Assembly (NCBI GenBank): GCA_963827165.1
Contig: CAWGZR010000010.1
Span: 64,001 to 128,000 of the forward strand
Reading direction: 5' to 3'
DNA length: 64,000 nt
Source of the DNA: Candidatus Bathyarchaeota archaeon
GTDB lineage: Archaea; Thermoproteota; Bathyarchaeia; Bathyarchaeales; Bathycorpusculaceae
The notes under the pieces were generated by a model. It searched no databases, was not told the DNA's origin, and saw only the letters and a list, made by a program, of their open reading frames with translations. The position numbers were made by a program, and so were the translations under genes. Positions 10,543 through 19,067 of the stretch are shown here, piece by piece (the first letter of the stretch is position 1; every line of letters begins with the position of its first letter).

Positions 10543-10548
10543 AGCTTA

Positions 10549-11538
10549 TCACATCCCGACTAATCTTTTAAGCCGCTCTTTCACTGACTCCAAATTGGAG
10601 GATGCCATTCTGTCGATCCTTGAAATTCTCATGGTTAAGCCTTCTAAGTCTTTGATTTGGTCTTCGACGACAAGTTGGAAGTAGCTAACTTTGCCTCTAA
10701 CCCGCATAAACATAAATGCGAATACAGCGGCTAAAGCTGCCATAACGACTGCAATCGGGATAAGCAAGTCTGCACTGCTTGCTGACGGTGGGGAAGCAAC
10801 GCTCAAGCCGTTTAGCATTTGGGTTGCTGCAGTTGCGAATCCTTGGCCTTCCATAACTTTGGATGCATCGATTACGTTTTGGTAGATCTGAGTGAATCCT
10901 GCGTCAACACCTGAACTCTTGTAGCCTTTGAGTGTGTTTTCCTTCTGATTGAGGACATTTAGGTAATTGTCTATGTTAGCGTCTGTGATGTTGACGCTGA
11001 CTTGGTCAAGGGCTGCCCCGCTCGGGTCTTGTAGAACAATTAAGTTAAGTGGGGTTGGAATGTCCAATGTTACACCGTTTGGACCAGTTTGTGACACTGA
11101 CCCTGACGGAACAAGTCCATAACAGGTGATTTGGAGGGTACCTTGGTTCTCTGGGAACGATATGGTTTTTGAGTTGGGGTCAAAGTTGCCTAAATTGTAG
11201 TTTGTTGAGTCAAGCTCCCAATACATGTTGCCTTGCAACGCTGAGTGGTCAAGACTAGTTGTTAATGACAGGCTCGTAGATGGGTTACTTTGGCTGATGT
11301 CAATGGTTGCAGTGACAGATAACTCGTCGCCTTCAAGTACGTATCCGTTTTGGTTTGAAGCTGTGTCTATGATTGTTGCTCCATTGTTAGCATTTTTCAC
11401 ATTGTACGATGTGATCCATTGCCCAGATGTTTGTTGGGTGCTCGTTTGAGCGTTAACATTCATAACTGAAACTGAAGTAAGATAGACTGCTGTTAATACT
11501 AAAATGAGACTTAAGGCTAGAATTTTCTTATTCAACAT
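10549..11538 (-). CDS. Exported, C-terminally membrane-anchored protein with short cytoplasmic coiled coil
   Basis: Signal peptide, S/T/N-rich ectodomain, TM LLIPIAVVMAALAAVFAFMF; 6 bp upstream of the tubulin-like gene. Confidence 0.75.
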   Translation of the reverse strand: MLNKKILALSLILVLTAVYLTSVSVMNVNAQTSTQQTSGQWITSYNVKNANNGATIIDTASNQNGYVLEGDELSVTATIDISQSNPSTSLSLTTSLDHSALQGNMYWELDSTNYNLGNFDPNSKTISFPENQGTLQITCYGLVPSGSVSQTGPNGVTLDIPTPLNLIVLQDPSGAALDQVSVNITDANIDNYLNVLNQKENTLKGYKSSGVDAGFTQIYQNVIDASKVMEGQGFATAATQMLNGLSVASPPSASSADLLIPIAVVMAALAAVFAFMFMRVRGKVSYFQLVVEDQIKDLEGLTMRISRIDRMASSNLESVKERLKRLVGM

Positions 11539-11754
11539 TATCCCCCATATTTTTACTCCATGTTTTCTATTGGTTGCCGCATATAACTCTTGTGCTAGTC
11601 ACTCGTTTGCTATGCTTTCAAGCTCTAAACCTACCTGAAAGCCTTTTTCCAATGAAAATTGATCTTCTCTAAATTAAAAAGACCATTCGACCCCAAAATT
11701 TTACAAAGAATTAAGTGGACATGACAAAAGATAAGAGGTTACACAACTAAGCAG

Positions 11755-12706
11755 TTGATTGAGAGCGTGTCGAAGATGGAAATTGTAAATGTTCGTTTGC
11801 CTGAGAAGCTCGCTTCTGACATTGATAAACTAGCCAGCAAGCATGGTCTTAGCCGTTCAGAAGTTATGCGTCAAGCGTTAACACTGTATTTGCATCTTGT
11901 GGATAACGTTGGAACTATGCTTCGCCCAATGGTTTTTCAAGTGAAGCCTGGCCAGTTAACTTACACTCGGAGAGGAGACGTTTCAATCGTTAAGGTCCCC
12001 ACGGGGCACGCGATTGTGGCTGGTTCAACCTCGTCTGGAGCAGTGGGTCCTAAAGCAGAAGATAAAGTCAAAGTCGATGGCCGCGTGCTAGGCAAGTTTC
12101 TTGCAAGAGTCGGCTTGATGGATGTGATTGCGACGGGTGCATTCCCGATTCTTCTATCCGTTACAGCTAGGTGTCGAGAAGGAGCCGACTGGCGACGACA
12201 TTTTGGAAGGGATTAGTCGAGAAGCAAGAACCCTTGGCCTCGACCCAGATCAGGTGCTTATGGAGAACACGGAGGACAACTTTGAAACCGTGCAAACCGG
12301 TGCAGGCTTAACCGTCATCGGCTTCGCAAACGAAGATCAACTGCGGCTTGGAAAAACCTGTCCCGGAGACTTGATTGTTGCCGTTGGAAAACCCAAAGTC
12401 GGCAACGAAGTCATTTTAGCCGAAGGCAAAGGCGAAATTGCAGACCTCAAAAACATATTGCAGCTTTCACAGAAAAAATATGTCCACGACATCGCGGCAG
12501 TCGGCACGTTTGGCATCGCTGACGAAGCCAGAATGATAGCTTATGCAGTTGGCAGGCAACTCAAACTTGTGGAAGCGAAAGGCTTAGACCTCAACAAATC
12601 AGCCGGCCCAGCCACCGTAATTTTGGCTTCGATCGATAAAGAAAAACTTGAGGATTTGGTTGAGCTTATACGCAAGCCCGTCAGCGTCGTAGGCGAAATC
12701 CTGTAG
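11755..12706 (+). CDS. RHH (CopG) domain fused to a PurM/AIR-synthase-fold, alpha-ribazole kinase CblS-like domain; frameshift at ~12166
   Basis: VNVRLPEKLASDIDKLA..LSRSEVMRQAL; SSGAVGPK..D..KV, LGVEKEPTG, TEDNFETVQTGAGLTVIG; one extra base at ACAGCTAGG. Confidence 0.75.
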
Positions 12707-12732
12707 AAACCCTTGTGTTCAGCAAAAACCGC

Positions 12733-13227
12733 CTATTTGGCACTCGGCTTTTGGGTTTTCTTAAGCAAGCGTCCGTTTCGATCTATTTCGCCGCGTCTGA
12801 TTCGCGTGGTGGATATGGGGCCGCAGTTTTCCGCCGGGACCATGGTTACCGCGACAATCTCCAGCGGTGCAAGCTGTGCTTTGGCGCGTATTTCATTTAT
12901 TTTGCTGGCTGCAGGTTCCGTTTCTTTACTTACAACTAAGGCTTGCAAGCCATCGCCGGAAACGGTTAAGCCGTATGGATCACTTAGAGGGACAATTTCC
13001 GCCCTATTAGCCAAACCTGATGTCTTTAAAAAATCCTGCAGTTCGCTGAATCGTTCAGCATATGAGGCGGTTACGTGAGGTTTACCCATTTTTGAAACGA
13101 ACTCGTCTGATGACAAGCCGATCACAACCCTTTCCCCAATTTCGAAAGCTTTGCTCAGCAACGATATGTGACCAATGTGCAGTTCGTCAAATGTCCCGCC
13201 CACCGCAACTTTTCTGAATCTTTTCAT
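12733..13227 (-). CDS. coaD: Phosphopantetheine adenylyltransferase
   Basis: VAVGGTFDELHIGH, ISTTRIRRGEID; downstream of pantoate kinase. Confidence 0.9.
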   Translation of the reverse strand: MKRFRKVAVGGTFDELHIGHISLLSKAFEIGERVVIGLSSDEFVSKMGKPHVTASYAERFSELQDFLKTSGLANRAEIVPLSDPYGLTVSGDGLQALVVSKETEPAASKINEIRAKAQLAPLEIVAVTMVPAENCGPISTTRIRRGEIDRNGRLLKKTQKPSAK

Positions 13228-14156
13228 TTTATCAGCCTAGCGCCTTGGAAATCGATTTTGCTCGTAAACACCTGTTCAGAGGGCAAAACCAGCTTAAAAG
13301 CTTCTGCCACGTCACCCGCATTTTCCTCAAGCACCAACGCATGAACCGCCTCACCCAACATATTTTGTGATGCACCAACTGCACCTGCATCTTTAGCCAG
13401 CTTGACAAGTTGCCGAACATTTTGGGTTGCAAACCCCGCGTTTTGAGAAAACTCCCAGCACCTATCAAGAAAATTACTTAAAGTAGGTTTGGCAAGAATT
13501 GCCTCCAAAGTTTTTCTGCCAAAACGGTTGATGACTTGCTTTCTTTTGGCGTCCCCTAGCACGGTTTTGGGGATGTTTGATTTTAAAAAGCCGGCTACCG
13601 CCATGTAGTCGGGCGTAATAGGGATGCGGTCAAGTTGGCAAATGCCCGGTGCACCCGGCTCCACCACCAACACGCATCCTCCTGTAAAAGTTAATGAACT
13701 CACCGTGCCCAAACCCGTTCCGCATTCGATCTCAGCAACATGAGCCGTCCTACCGATTTGATTGTATGTCAACGGCAAATCCAGCGCTTCCTTAAGTGCT
13801 AAGCCAGCTGTTAATGCTCCGCCGGCGCTGGTTCCAAAACCCGTGCCTATGGGAACCTCAATTTTATGTTCAACAGAAACGTCGTATTTCTCGGCAACGC
13901 CGCATAAAATTTTCTCAACTGTCTTTCTCGTTGTTTTTGCCTCTTCAGCAAGCTGTGAGTTGATGAAAACTTTGATATTTGGATTCTCCGCCTCTTCAAC
14001 CGTAACTTTAGTTAAGACCCCTTTTTGGAGCCCAAATCCCCCGCCCCTCGCACCAACCCTCTCCAAGTCAAGAATTGGCTTGCCGAGGTCGGTATTGTGG
14101 ACTTCAAAGAAGCTAGAAATTGCCGCTGGCGCAAATGCTTCGGCGGTTTTTTTCAC
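13224..14156 (-). CDS. Pantoate kinase (GHMP family)
   Basis: VPIGTGFGTSAGGAL, AHVAEIECGTGLGTV, ASQNMLGEAV. Confidence 0.88.
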   Translation of the reverse strand: MKKTAEAFAPAAISSFFEVHNTDLGKPILDLERVGARGGGFGLQKGVLTKVTVEEAENPNIKVFINSQLAEEAKTTRKTVEKILCGVAEKYDVSVEHKIEVPIGTGFGTSAGGALTAGLALKEALDLPLTYNQIGRTAHVAEIECGTGLGTVSSLTFTGGCVLVVEPGAPGICQLDRIPITPDYMAVAGFLKSNIPKTVLGDAKRKQVINRFGRKTLEAILAKPTLSNFLDRCWEFSQNAGFATQNVRQLVKLAKDAGAVGASQNMLGEAVHALVLEENAGDVAEAFKLVLPSEQVFTSKIDFQGARLIK

Positions 14157-14896
14157 TAAACTTCACTTTCTTTTTCGAGTTCCCTTCTCTTTGAGAGTGT
14201 TGGAAAGGCTCTATTGATTGCGGTGATGATGGGGGGTCCAAGGATCAGTATGAAGGGGATTTCGGTGAAGAAAGTAAAGAAGAACGTCGCCAACGCAACT
14301 GGTGTCGTGAATGGCGTAGCGGCTGGCGTGAAGAATTGACTGAAAACTGGCACAGTTACACCGATGATGCCAGCGCCAAGTAACATGCCGACGATTGAGC
14401 CTACTTCGAAGCTTCGCCATTTCGAGTTTCTTAAAAACACCACTGGAACCAGAAATATGATGTAACTTGCAACTGCAACGCTTATGAAGGCTGTTTTAGC
14501 CCAGAAAGCAAGTCCAGTGTATTCGTAACCAATCCAGATGAATACGGCGGTAGCCACCCCGTATGCTGCCACGGGGGTTGCCCAACGAATTTTCTTTTTT
14601 GCGATATACCCGATTAAGAAGAAAGCCACAAAGTTGCTTGTTACTCCCGCCATGAGACTAAGCAGCAGGTTGCCTCCGAAGATAGCATCGCTTATGAAGA
14701 TGCCGACTGCCGCGCCGATTCCTCCAACGAGCGGACCGAAAACGACTGCGAAGACCGCTGGAACAATAACTGGCGGCCAGAATCTAACTCCACCATAAGA
14801 AATTGGGATTAAACTGAAGAAAATATAGCCGACCGCAACATACAATGCTATGTTTAAAGCTAACCCTGCAACATCAATCGCTTTAAGTTTTAACAT
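14156..14896 (-). CDS. ECF S-component/QueT-like transporter, possibly for a CoA precursor
   Basis: GVRFWPPVIVPAVFAVVFGPLVGGIGAAVGIFISD; likely start ATG 14896; substrate inferred from operon context. Confidence 0.75.
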   Translation of the reverse strand: MLKLKAIDVAGLALNIALYVAVGYIFFSLIPISYGGVRFWPPVIVPAVFAVVFGPLVGGIGAAVGIFISDAIFGGNLLLSLMAGVTSNFVAFFLIGYIAKKKIRWATPVAAYGVATAVFIWIGYEYTGLAFWAKTAFISVAVASYIIFLVPVVFLRNSKWRSFEVGSIVGMLLGAGIIGVTVPVFSQFFTPAATPFTTPVALATFFFTFFTEIPFILILGPPIITAINRAFPTLSKRRELEKESEV

Positions 14897-15080
14897 CTTA
14901 ACTTTTGCCTTTCCATTGAGATGGTTGTTGAACCTGTTGAGAGTTTCTTTTTGCAGATAAAACTTTCCTATGAATTGTTTAAACAAGTTTAAACTTTTTC
15001 GGGGCTGTTACTTGGTTGTTTCTTTTTGAGGCAAAATGCTGTCGCCAAGAGAATTGACGTCAAAACAAACCTATTAAGTA

Positions 15081-15650
15081 TTATTGGTGATTTGTTAACC
15101 AAATAGGTTTTTGGTCAACCATTTCTCTCATTGATGGCAAGGGACAGGGCAGATCTAAAGCTGAAAAAACGCTCTCCTCAGTTTCTCCAGCCACTGCCAC
15201 GTCATCTTTTATCAGTCCTACGCTGTACTTTAGTCTGTACCCTTTTGTTATGGCGTAGCCTGCAAGCCACATGTTGTGGTCTGCTGATCCCGTCCGAATG
15301 AGCTCTTGTATGCCGAAAGTTTTCGGTATTGCTCGGTAAAAATCAACTTGAAAAAGGCTATCCTCAAATGGATAGTTAATTTTCGTCAAACTTGGACCAG
15401 AGCAAATGACTTTGGATTTTCTTAGCGTCGGAACAATTTTTGCCCAGTTACTATCCGTTGCTAACACGACAAAGTCGCAGTCGCCAATCAGTGGCTTTTT
15501 TCGTCTAATGCTTCCCACAATTTTCAGTTTAATGCATAAAGGCTTGATTGCTTCTTCAACTTGAAGGGCAACTCTCTCTGCCTTTGTGTATTCGAGCGAA
15601 GTCAAAATCGCTTGATCATCATCTGAACCAAACAATTTAGCTTGCTTCAT
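15081..15650 (-). CDS. Minimal DNA polymerase X-family nucleotidyltransferase (palm and thumb only)
   Basis: VGSIRRKKPLIGDCDFV, QVDF, TGSADHN, TEESVFSALDLP. Confidence 0.85.
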   Translation of the reverse strand: MKQAKLFGSDDDQAILTSLEYTKAERVALQVEEAIKPLCIKLKIVGSIRRKKPLIGDCDFVVLATDSNWAKIVPTLRKSKVICSGPSLTKINYPFEDSLFQVDFYRAIPKTFGIQELIRTGSADHNMWLAGYAITKGYRLKYSVGLIKDDVAVAGETEESVFSALDLPCPLPSMREMVDQKPIWLTNHQ

Positions 15651-15781
15651 GCTTTGCCCTTACCTTATTGTAAACGGCTGGGTTTTAAAGCATATCTAAG
15701 CCGTTTAAAAAGCAAACTGAGAAACAACAATAAGCAATAGTAGTGAGAGGGGGTGAAAGTGAAGCTCGGTTACGTCGAGGG

Positions 15782-16060
15782 TTATACGGGTTCAAGCGTT
15801 ACTTCAACGATGCAACCCGGTAGATTTGCTCTTTCATCTTGCCAGACTGATAAGATTTCTTTTGGGATTGATATGCGTCCGGCTTTTTCCATTTTTGCGT
15901 AGTAGAATTGCCAGCCTTTGAATTTGTCTGGGATGCTGAAGCCGACTTTTATGGTTTGGTGTGATTCTAGTTTGAATTCGACAATGATTAGTTTTGGAAT
16001 TTGTATTCGCTCATGTTTCTGGAGTGATGCTTTGAAGGCTACTTTTCGTGTTAGCGGCAT
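15782..16060 (-). CDS. 92-aa tandem AbrB (MraZ-like) protein, paralog 2
   Basis: Start ATG 16060 (MPLTRKVAFKASLQKHERIQIPK...AGRISIPK...VTLEPV); 279 nt like paralogs 1 and 3. Confidence 0.75.
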   Translation of the reverse strand: MPLTRKVAFKASLQKHERIQIPKLIIVEFKLESHQTIKVGFSIPDKFKGWQFYYAKMEKAGRISIPKEILSVWQDERANLPGCIVEVTLEPV

Positions 16061-16100
16061 GTTTTTTCGCCCGCTTTTATCTTGGGCGTGTCCAATATAT

Positions 16101-16180
16101 AAAGTGTATAATATTGTATTAATGTGTACAGACGCGTATGGACGTGTCTGAAAGTGTATGAAAGTGTATAATATTGTCTT
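16101..16180. repeat. 10-bp-period array 2 (unit ~AAAGTGTATR, 8 copies)
   Basis: aaagtgtata atattgtatt aatgtgtaca gacgcgtatg gacgtgtctg aaagtgtatg aaagtgtata atattgtctt. Confidence 0.85.
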
Positions 16181-16194
16181 TTTTAGACTCAACC

Positions 16195-16240
16195 TGCAAA
16201 CAATTCAAGCCCTATACCAAAAAACCATTCTAAAACACAA
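16195..16240 (+). repeat. Conserved dispersed element, copy E2
   Basis: TGCAAACAATTCAAGCCCTATACCAAAAAACCATTCTAAAACACAA aligns without gaps to E1. Confidence 0.8.
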
Positions 16241-16310
16241 TGGAAAAAAATCTTGTCCAGAAACCATCGGCTTGCCCTTCTGTAGGCTTCTGTCTTGAAA
16301 TTTTCAAGCG

Positions 16311-16380
16311 ATTATTCTAGCTATTATAGCTTAATCTAGCGCATTTTAGCTTTTTTTAGCTTAAAATAGCTTATTTTAGC
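16311..16380. repeat. 10-bp-period array 3 (unit ~TTATTTTAGC, 6-7 copies)
   Basis: ctattatagc ttaatctagc gcattttagc tttttttagc ttaaaatagc ttattttagc. Confidence 0.88.
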
Positions 16381-16387
16381 GCACAGT

Positions 16388-16433
16388 TGCAATCTATCCA
16401 AGCCCCATTTCAAAAAAGCAGCCCAAAACACAA
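16388..16433 (+). repeat. Conserved dispersed element, copy E3
   Basis: TGCAATCTATCCAAGCCCCATTTCAAAAAAGCAGCCCAAAACACAA. Confidence 0.85.
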
Positions 16434-16570
16434 ACAAAAAATTTCTGAACCAAAAAATCGTGAAGACGCCGCCAAATAGAACTTTGCTCGCTTTCTTTGA
16501 TTTCTATGAGCAATTGACGGGTTTTGACTTTTAGGTTATTTTAGATTTTTAGGTTCCTTTCAGGTTTTGC

Positions 16571-16680
16571 TAAGTGGACTTTAGTGAACGGTAATGGACG
16601 GTAAAGAACGGTAGGGGACGGTAAAAGACGGTAAAGGACGGCAAGGGACGGTAATGGACTTTAAAGGACGGTAAAGGACG
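16571..16680. repeat. 10-bp-period array 4 (unit ~GTAAAGGACG, 11 copies)
   Basis: taagtggact ttagtgaacg gtaatggacg gtaaagaacg gtaggggacg gtaaaagacg gtaaaggacg gcaagggacg gtaatggact ttaaaggacg gtaaaggacg. Confidence 0.95.
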
Positions 16681-16685
16681 CAACC

Positions 16686-16731
16686 TGCAGAGAATTCAAG
16701 CCCCAAACCAAAAAAGCAACCCATTTCACAA
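16686..16731 (+). repeat. Conserved dispersed element, copy E4
   Basis: TGCAGAGAATTCAAGCCCCAAACCAAAAAAGCAACCCATTTCACAA. Confidence 0.88.
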
Positions 16732-16903
16732 AAGAAAAAAATTCAAAGCTTTCAGTTTTCTACCTTCCAAGTACTCTCATTGTCAACAAAAGAAAGTCAC
16801 AAGTGGTCGCCCAGGCCCGCTTGCATTCGTAAAACACTCCCTATTGTCCCGGTCGGCGAGGGTGCTTCAAAAATTGGAATCGACTAAGACAGAAAGGAGT
16901 TCT

Positions 16904-16979
16904 TGGTAGCCCGGGAGAGACTCGAACTCTCGTCAAGGGCTCCAGAGGCCCCTATGCTTGACCGCTACACCACCGGGCT
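16904..16979 (-). tRNA. tRNA-Gln(CTG), encoded CCA, no intron
   Basis: AGCCCGG...GGGGC-CT-CTG-GA-GCCCT...GTTCGAGTC...CCGGGCT-A-CCA cloverleaf. Confidence 0.97.
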
Positions 16980-17016
16980 TTAAGCACAACACAAACGTGG
17001 TTCACAATATTTAACT

Positions 17017-17241
17017 TTAATGTTGTGTTGCGTCGCCGTTATTCTTGGCCCTCAAGGCTTCTCGAACGCAGTAGCATTCTTGGCTAACCCTATTGTAGCT
17101 CTCGCAACGCCATAGCGTGTCAACGATCGCGCTTTTGTTTTGGCCATAACGGGTCGAACAAAAAACCTTCGTGGGGTAATCGTAACTGTTGTGGCTATCA
17201 CAGTTGCCGCAGTGTTCGTCGCCATCTGAATTTTGAACCAT
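17017..17241 (-). CDS. Small Cys-rich putative metal-binding protein
   Basis: HCGNCDSH...FC...C...CYC; 4 bp downstream of dys. Confidence 0.6.
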   Translation of the reverse strand: MVQNSDGDEHCGNCDSHNSYDYPTKVFCSTRYGQNKSAIVDTLWRCESYNRVSQECYCVREALRAKNNGDATQH

Positions 17242-17245
17242 CTCT

Positions 17246-18268
17246 TTAGCTTCCTTTTACAGCTGTTTTTTCAAACTGCGGAGGGGGCATTCGATTAAAG
17301 TTATCGCCCAAACGCTCAGTAGCACAGGCAACAAGAATCGGGAAAATCATTAGCGCCTCGCCGATGACCATGACGTGGGCGGCTTCACCCTTCATTTTTC
17401 CCCAACTCACCGTTTCCTCTAAAGTTGAACCCGACAAACCGCCTGTTTCAGGCCTATCTAACGTTATGACGATGCCGTAGTCCAAGCCTTTCTTAGACGC
17501 CACGGCAGAAGATTGGATCGTGTTACGCGGCACACCGCCGCCTATAACTATCATCCCGTTTTTAGGCGACTTGCTACAGATCCCGCAGATTGTCGGCACA
17601 TCCTTAAAAGCATCCAACTGCAACACAGGTTTTGGTTTGTCCTGCGCGGCGTGAAGCCAATGGATAAACCCGAATTCTGAGTCTCTAACGGAGGGCAAGA
17701 AAACTGGCACGTTCTCCTCGTACGCCGCTCGAAGAATAGAGTTTTCATCTGTGAGGCGCTTGCCTATTTCAAAGGTAAACTCGTTGGAAGCTAAACTTTC
17801 GCCTTTACGTTCACGGGCGATGTCATCATAGATGTCTGACATTTTTACGTCCAATCGAACGTAATCCTCTTCAGGGACAAGGATGTCGTAGATCCGAAAA
17901 AGATGATACTTGTAGAGTTCCGTGTCGTTGGCTGTCCAGCTAGCTTTGTAGTGGTGACCGCCGACGGCTTCGATGGCGTCATGAACCATGCATGCGCCTG
18001 TGCTAACTATCACATCGACCAAATGTTTCCTTATCAAATCTTTAACAAGTGTACGCATTCCTGCGGGAACAACGGCGCCTGAAAGCGCCAAGAAGATGGT
18101 GCAGTCTTTGTCCCTGAGCATTTTCTCGTAGATGTCGCACGCCGTCGCCAATCTGCCAGCCCCAAGTGAACCTGATTTCTTGAATTGCTGCATCAGCTGG
18201 TCGACGGTTTGAACGCCGACTACTTTTATGTGCTCAACTGGATTTTGCAGGTAATCTTTCCGATCCAT
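17246..18268 (-). CDS. dys: Deoxyhypusine synthase
   Basis: FLALSGAVVPAGMR, IGGGVPRN, GGLSGSTLEETVSWGK; likely start ATG 18268. Confidence 0.92.
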   Translation of the reverse strand: MDRKDYLQNPVEHIKVVGVQTVDQLMQQFKKSGSLGAGRLATACDIYEKMLRDKDCTIFLALSGAVVPAGMRTLVKDLIRKHLVDVIVSTGACMVHDAIEAVGGHHYKASWTANDTELYKYHLFRIYDILVPEEDYVRLDVKMSDIYDDIARERKGESLASNEFTFEIGKRLTDENSILRAAYEENVPVFLPSVRDSEFGFIHWLHAAQDKPKPVLQLDAFKDVPTICGICSKSPKNGMIVIGGGVPRNTIQSSAVASKKGLDYGIVITLDRPETGGLSGSTLEETVSWGKMKGEAAHVMVIGEALMIFPILVACATERLGDNFNRMPPPQFEKTAVKGS

Positions 18269-18490
18269 CCAAGCTGCATCCATTGTAAGTTGTTTGTGGA
18301 TATGGAGTATCCTTTTCATATTTAAAGTTGAATTAAGATGCGGGATGAAGTATCATCGAACTAAAATTGGCAATTTCCAATTTGATCCTTTATTTTTTCA
18401 AGCCCGTTTAGTGTCAGTGGCTTCAAGAAAAACTGAAACTTGGAAGAATAAAATAAACTAAAGAAAAACACGCGAAAAAAAAGGTTAGTT

Positions 18491-18967
18491 TCAGAGCCTT
18501 TTAGTCATTACATAAGCGTCTTCGCCGTCTGAGTAGTACCCGTTTAATGTTCGGGTAACTTCAAACCCAAGCTTCTTGTAAAGAGAAATTGCGGCCTCGT
18601 TGGTGACTCTGACTTCGAGGAAGCATTGTTTTGCCTTGTAGTATGCCATGCCTTCCATAGCCTTGTTGATGAGCGCTTTAGCGACTCCTTTTCGCCTGTG
18701 CTGTGGCATAACTGCGATGGATACCACGTGTCCCTTGCGAATCAAGCCGCCGAAACCGTAATTTGACAAGCCGACTTCTATGCGGCACATGATGTAACCG
18801 TCCATTTCGCTGTTTTCTTCCGCCACAATGAAGGTTTCTGGGAACCTTTGGTGCAAGTCGATGAAGAAGAAGTCTGTGTAGTTTTCTGGCAAACATACAC
18901 GGTTTACCTGCATTACATTCTGCAGATCGTCAGGAATAAATTTGCGGAGCTTGAATGTCTGCTGCAT
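18491..18967 (-). CDS. rimI: N-terminal acetyltransferase (RimI/Ard1)
   Basis: CLPENY, GHVVSIAV..HRRKGVA, LEVRVTN..AISLY, YYSDGEDAY. Confidence 0.92.
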   Translation of the reverse strand: MQQTFKLRKFIPDDLQNVMQVNRVCLPENYTDFFFIDLHQRFPETFIVAEENSEMDGYIMCRIEVGLSNYGFGGLIRKGHVVSIAVMPQHRRKGVAKALINKAMEGMAYYKAKQCFLEVRVTNEAAISLYKKLGFEVTRTLNGYYSDGEDAYVMTKRL

Positions 18968-19067
18968 TATTACGCGTCCTTAAAGGAGATTTCACCGTTC
19001 AAACTTAAATGTTACGCTTATTCCCGCTTTAACAATCACCAACGCAGTTTTCGACAAAAATACGAAC

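Noticed and set aside
16061-16192. 44-aa N-terminal extension of AbrB paralog 2 in the ORF track
   Set aside because: It merely reads through the array; the paralogs start at MPL with identical length
16101-16745. CRISPR or TIGR-like array
   Set aside because: No constant 25-40-bp repeat with unique similar-length spacers; the variable parts are internally periodic; no cas-like genes in the window
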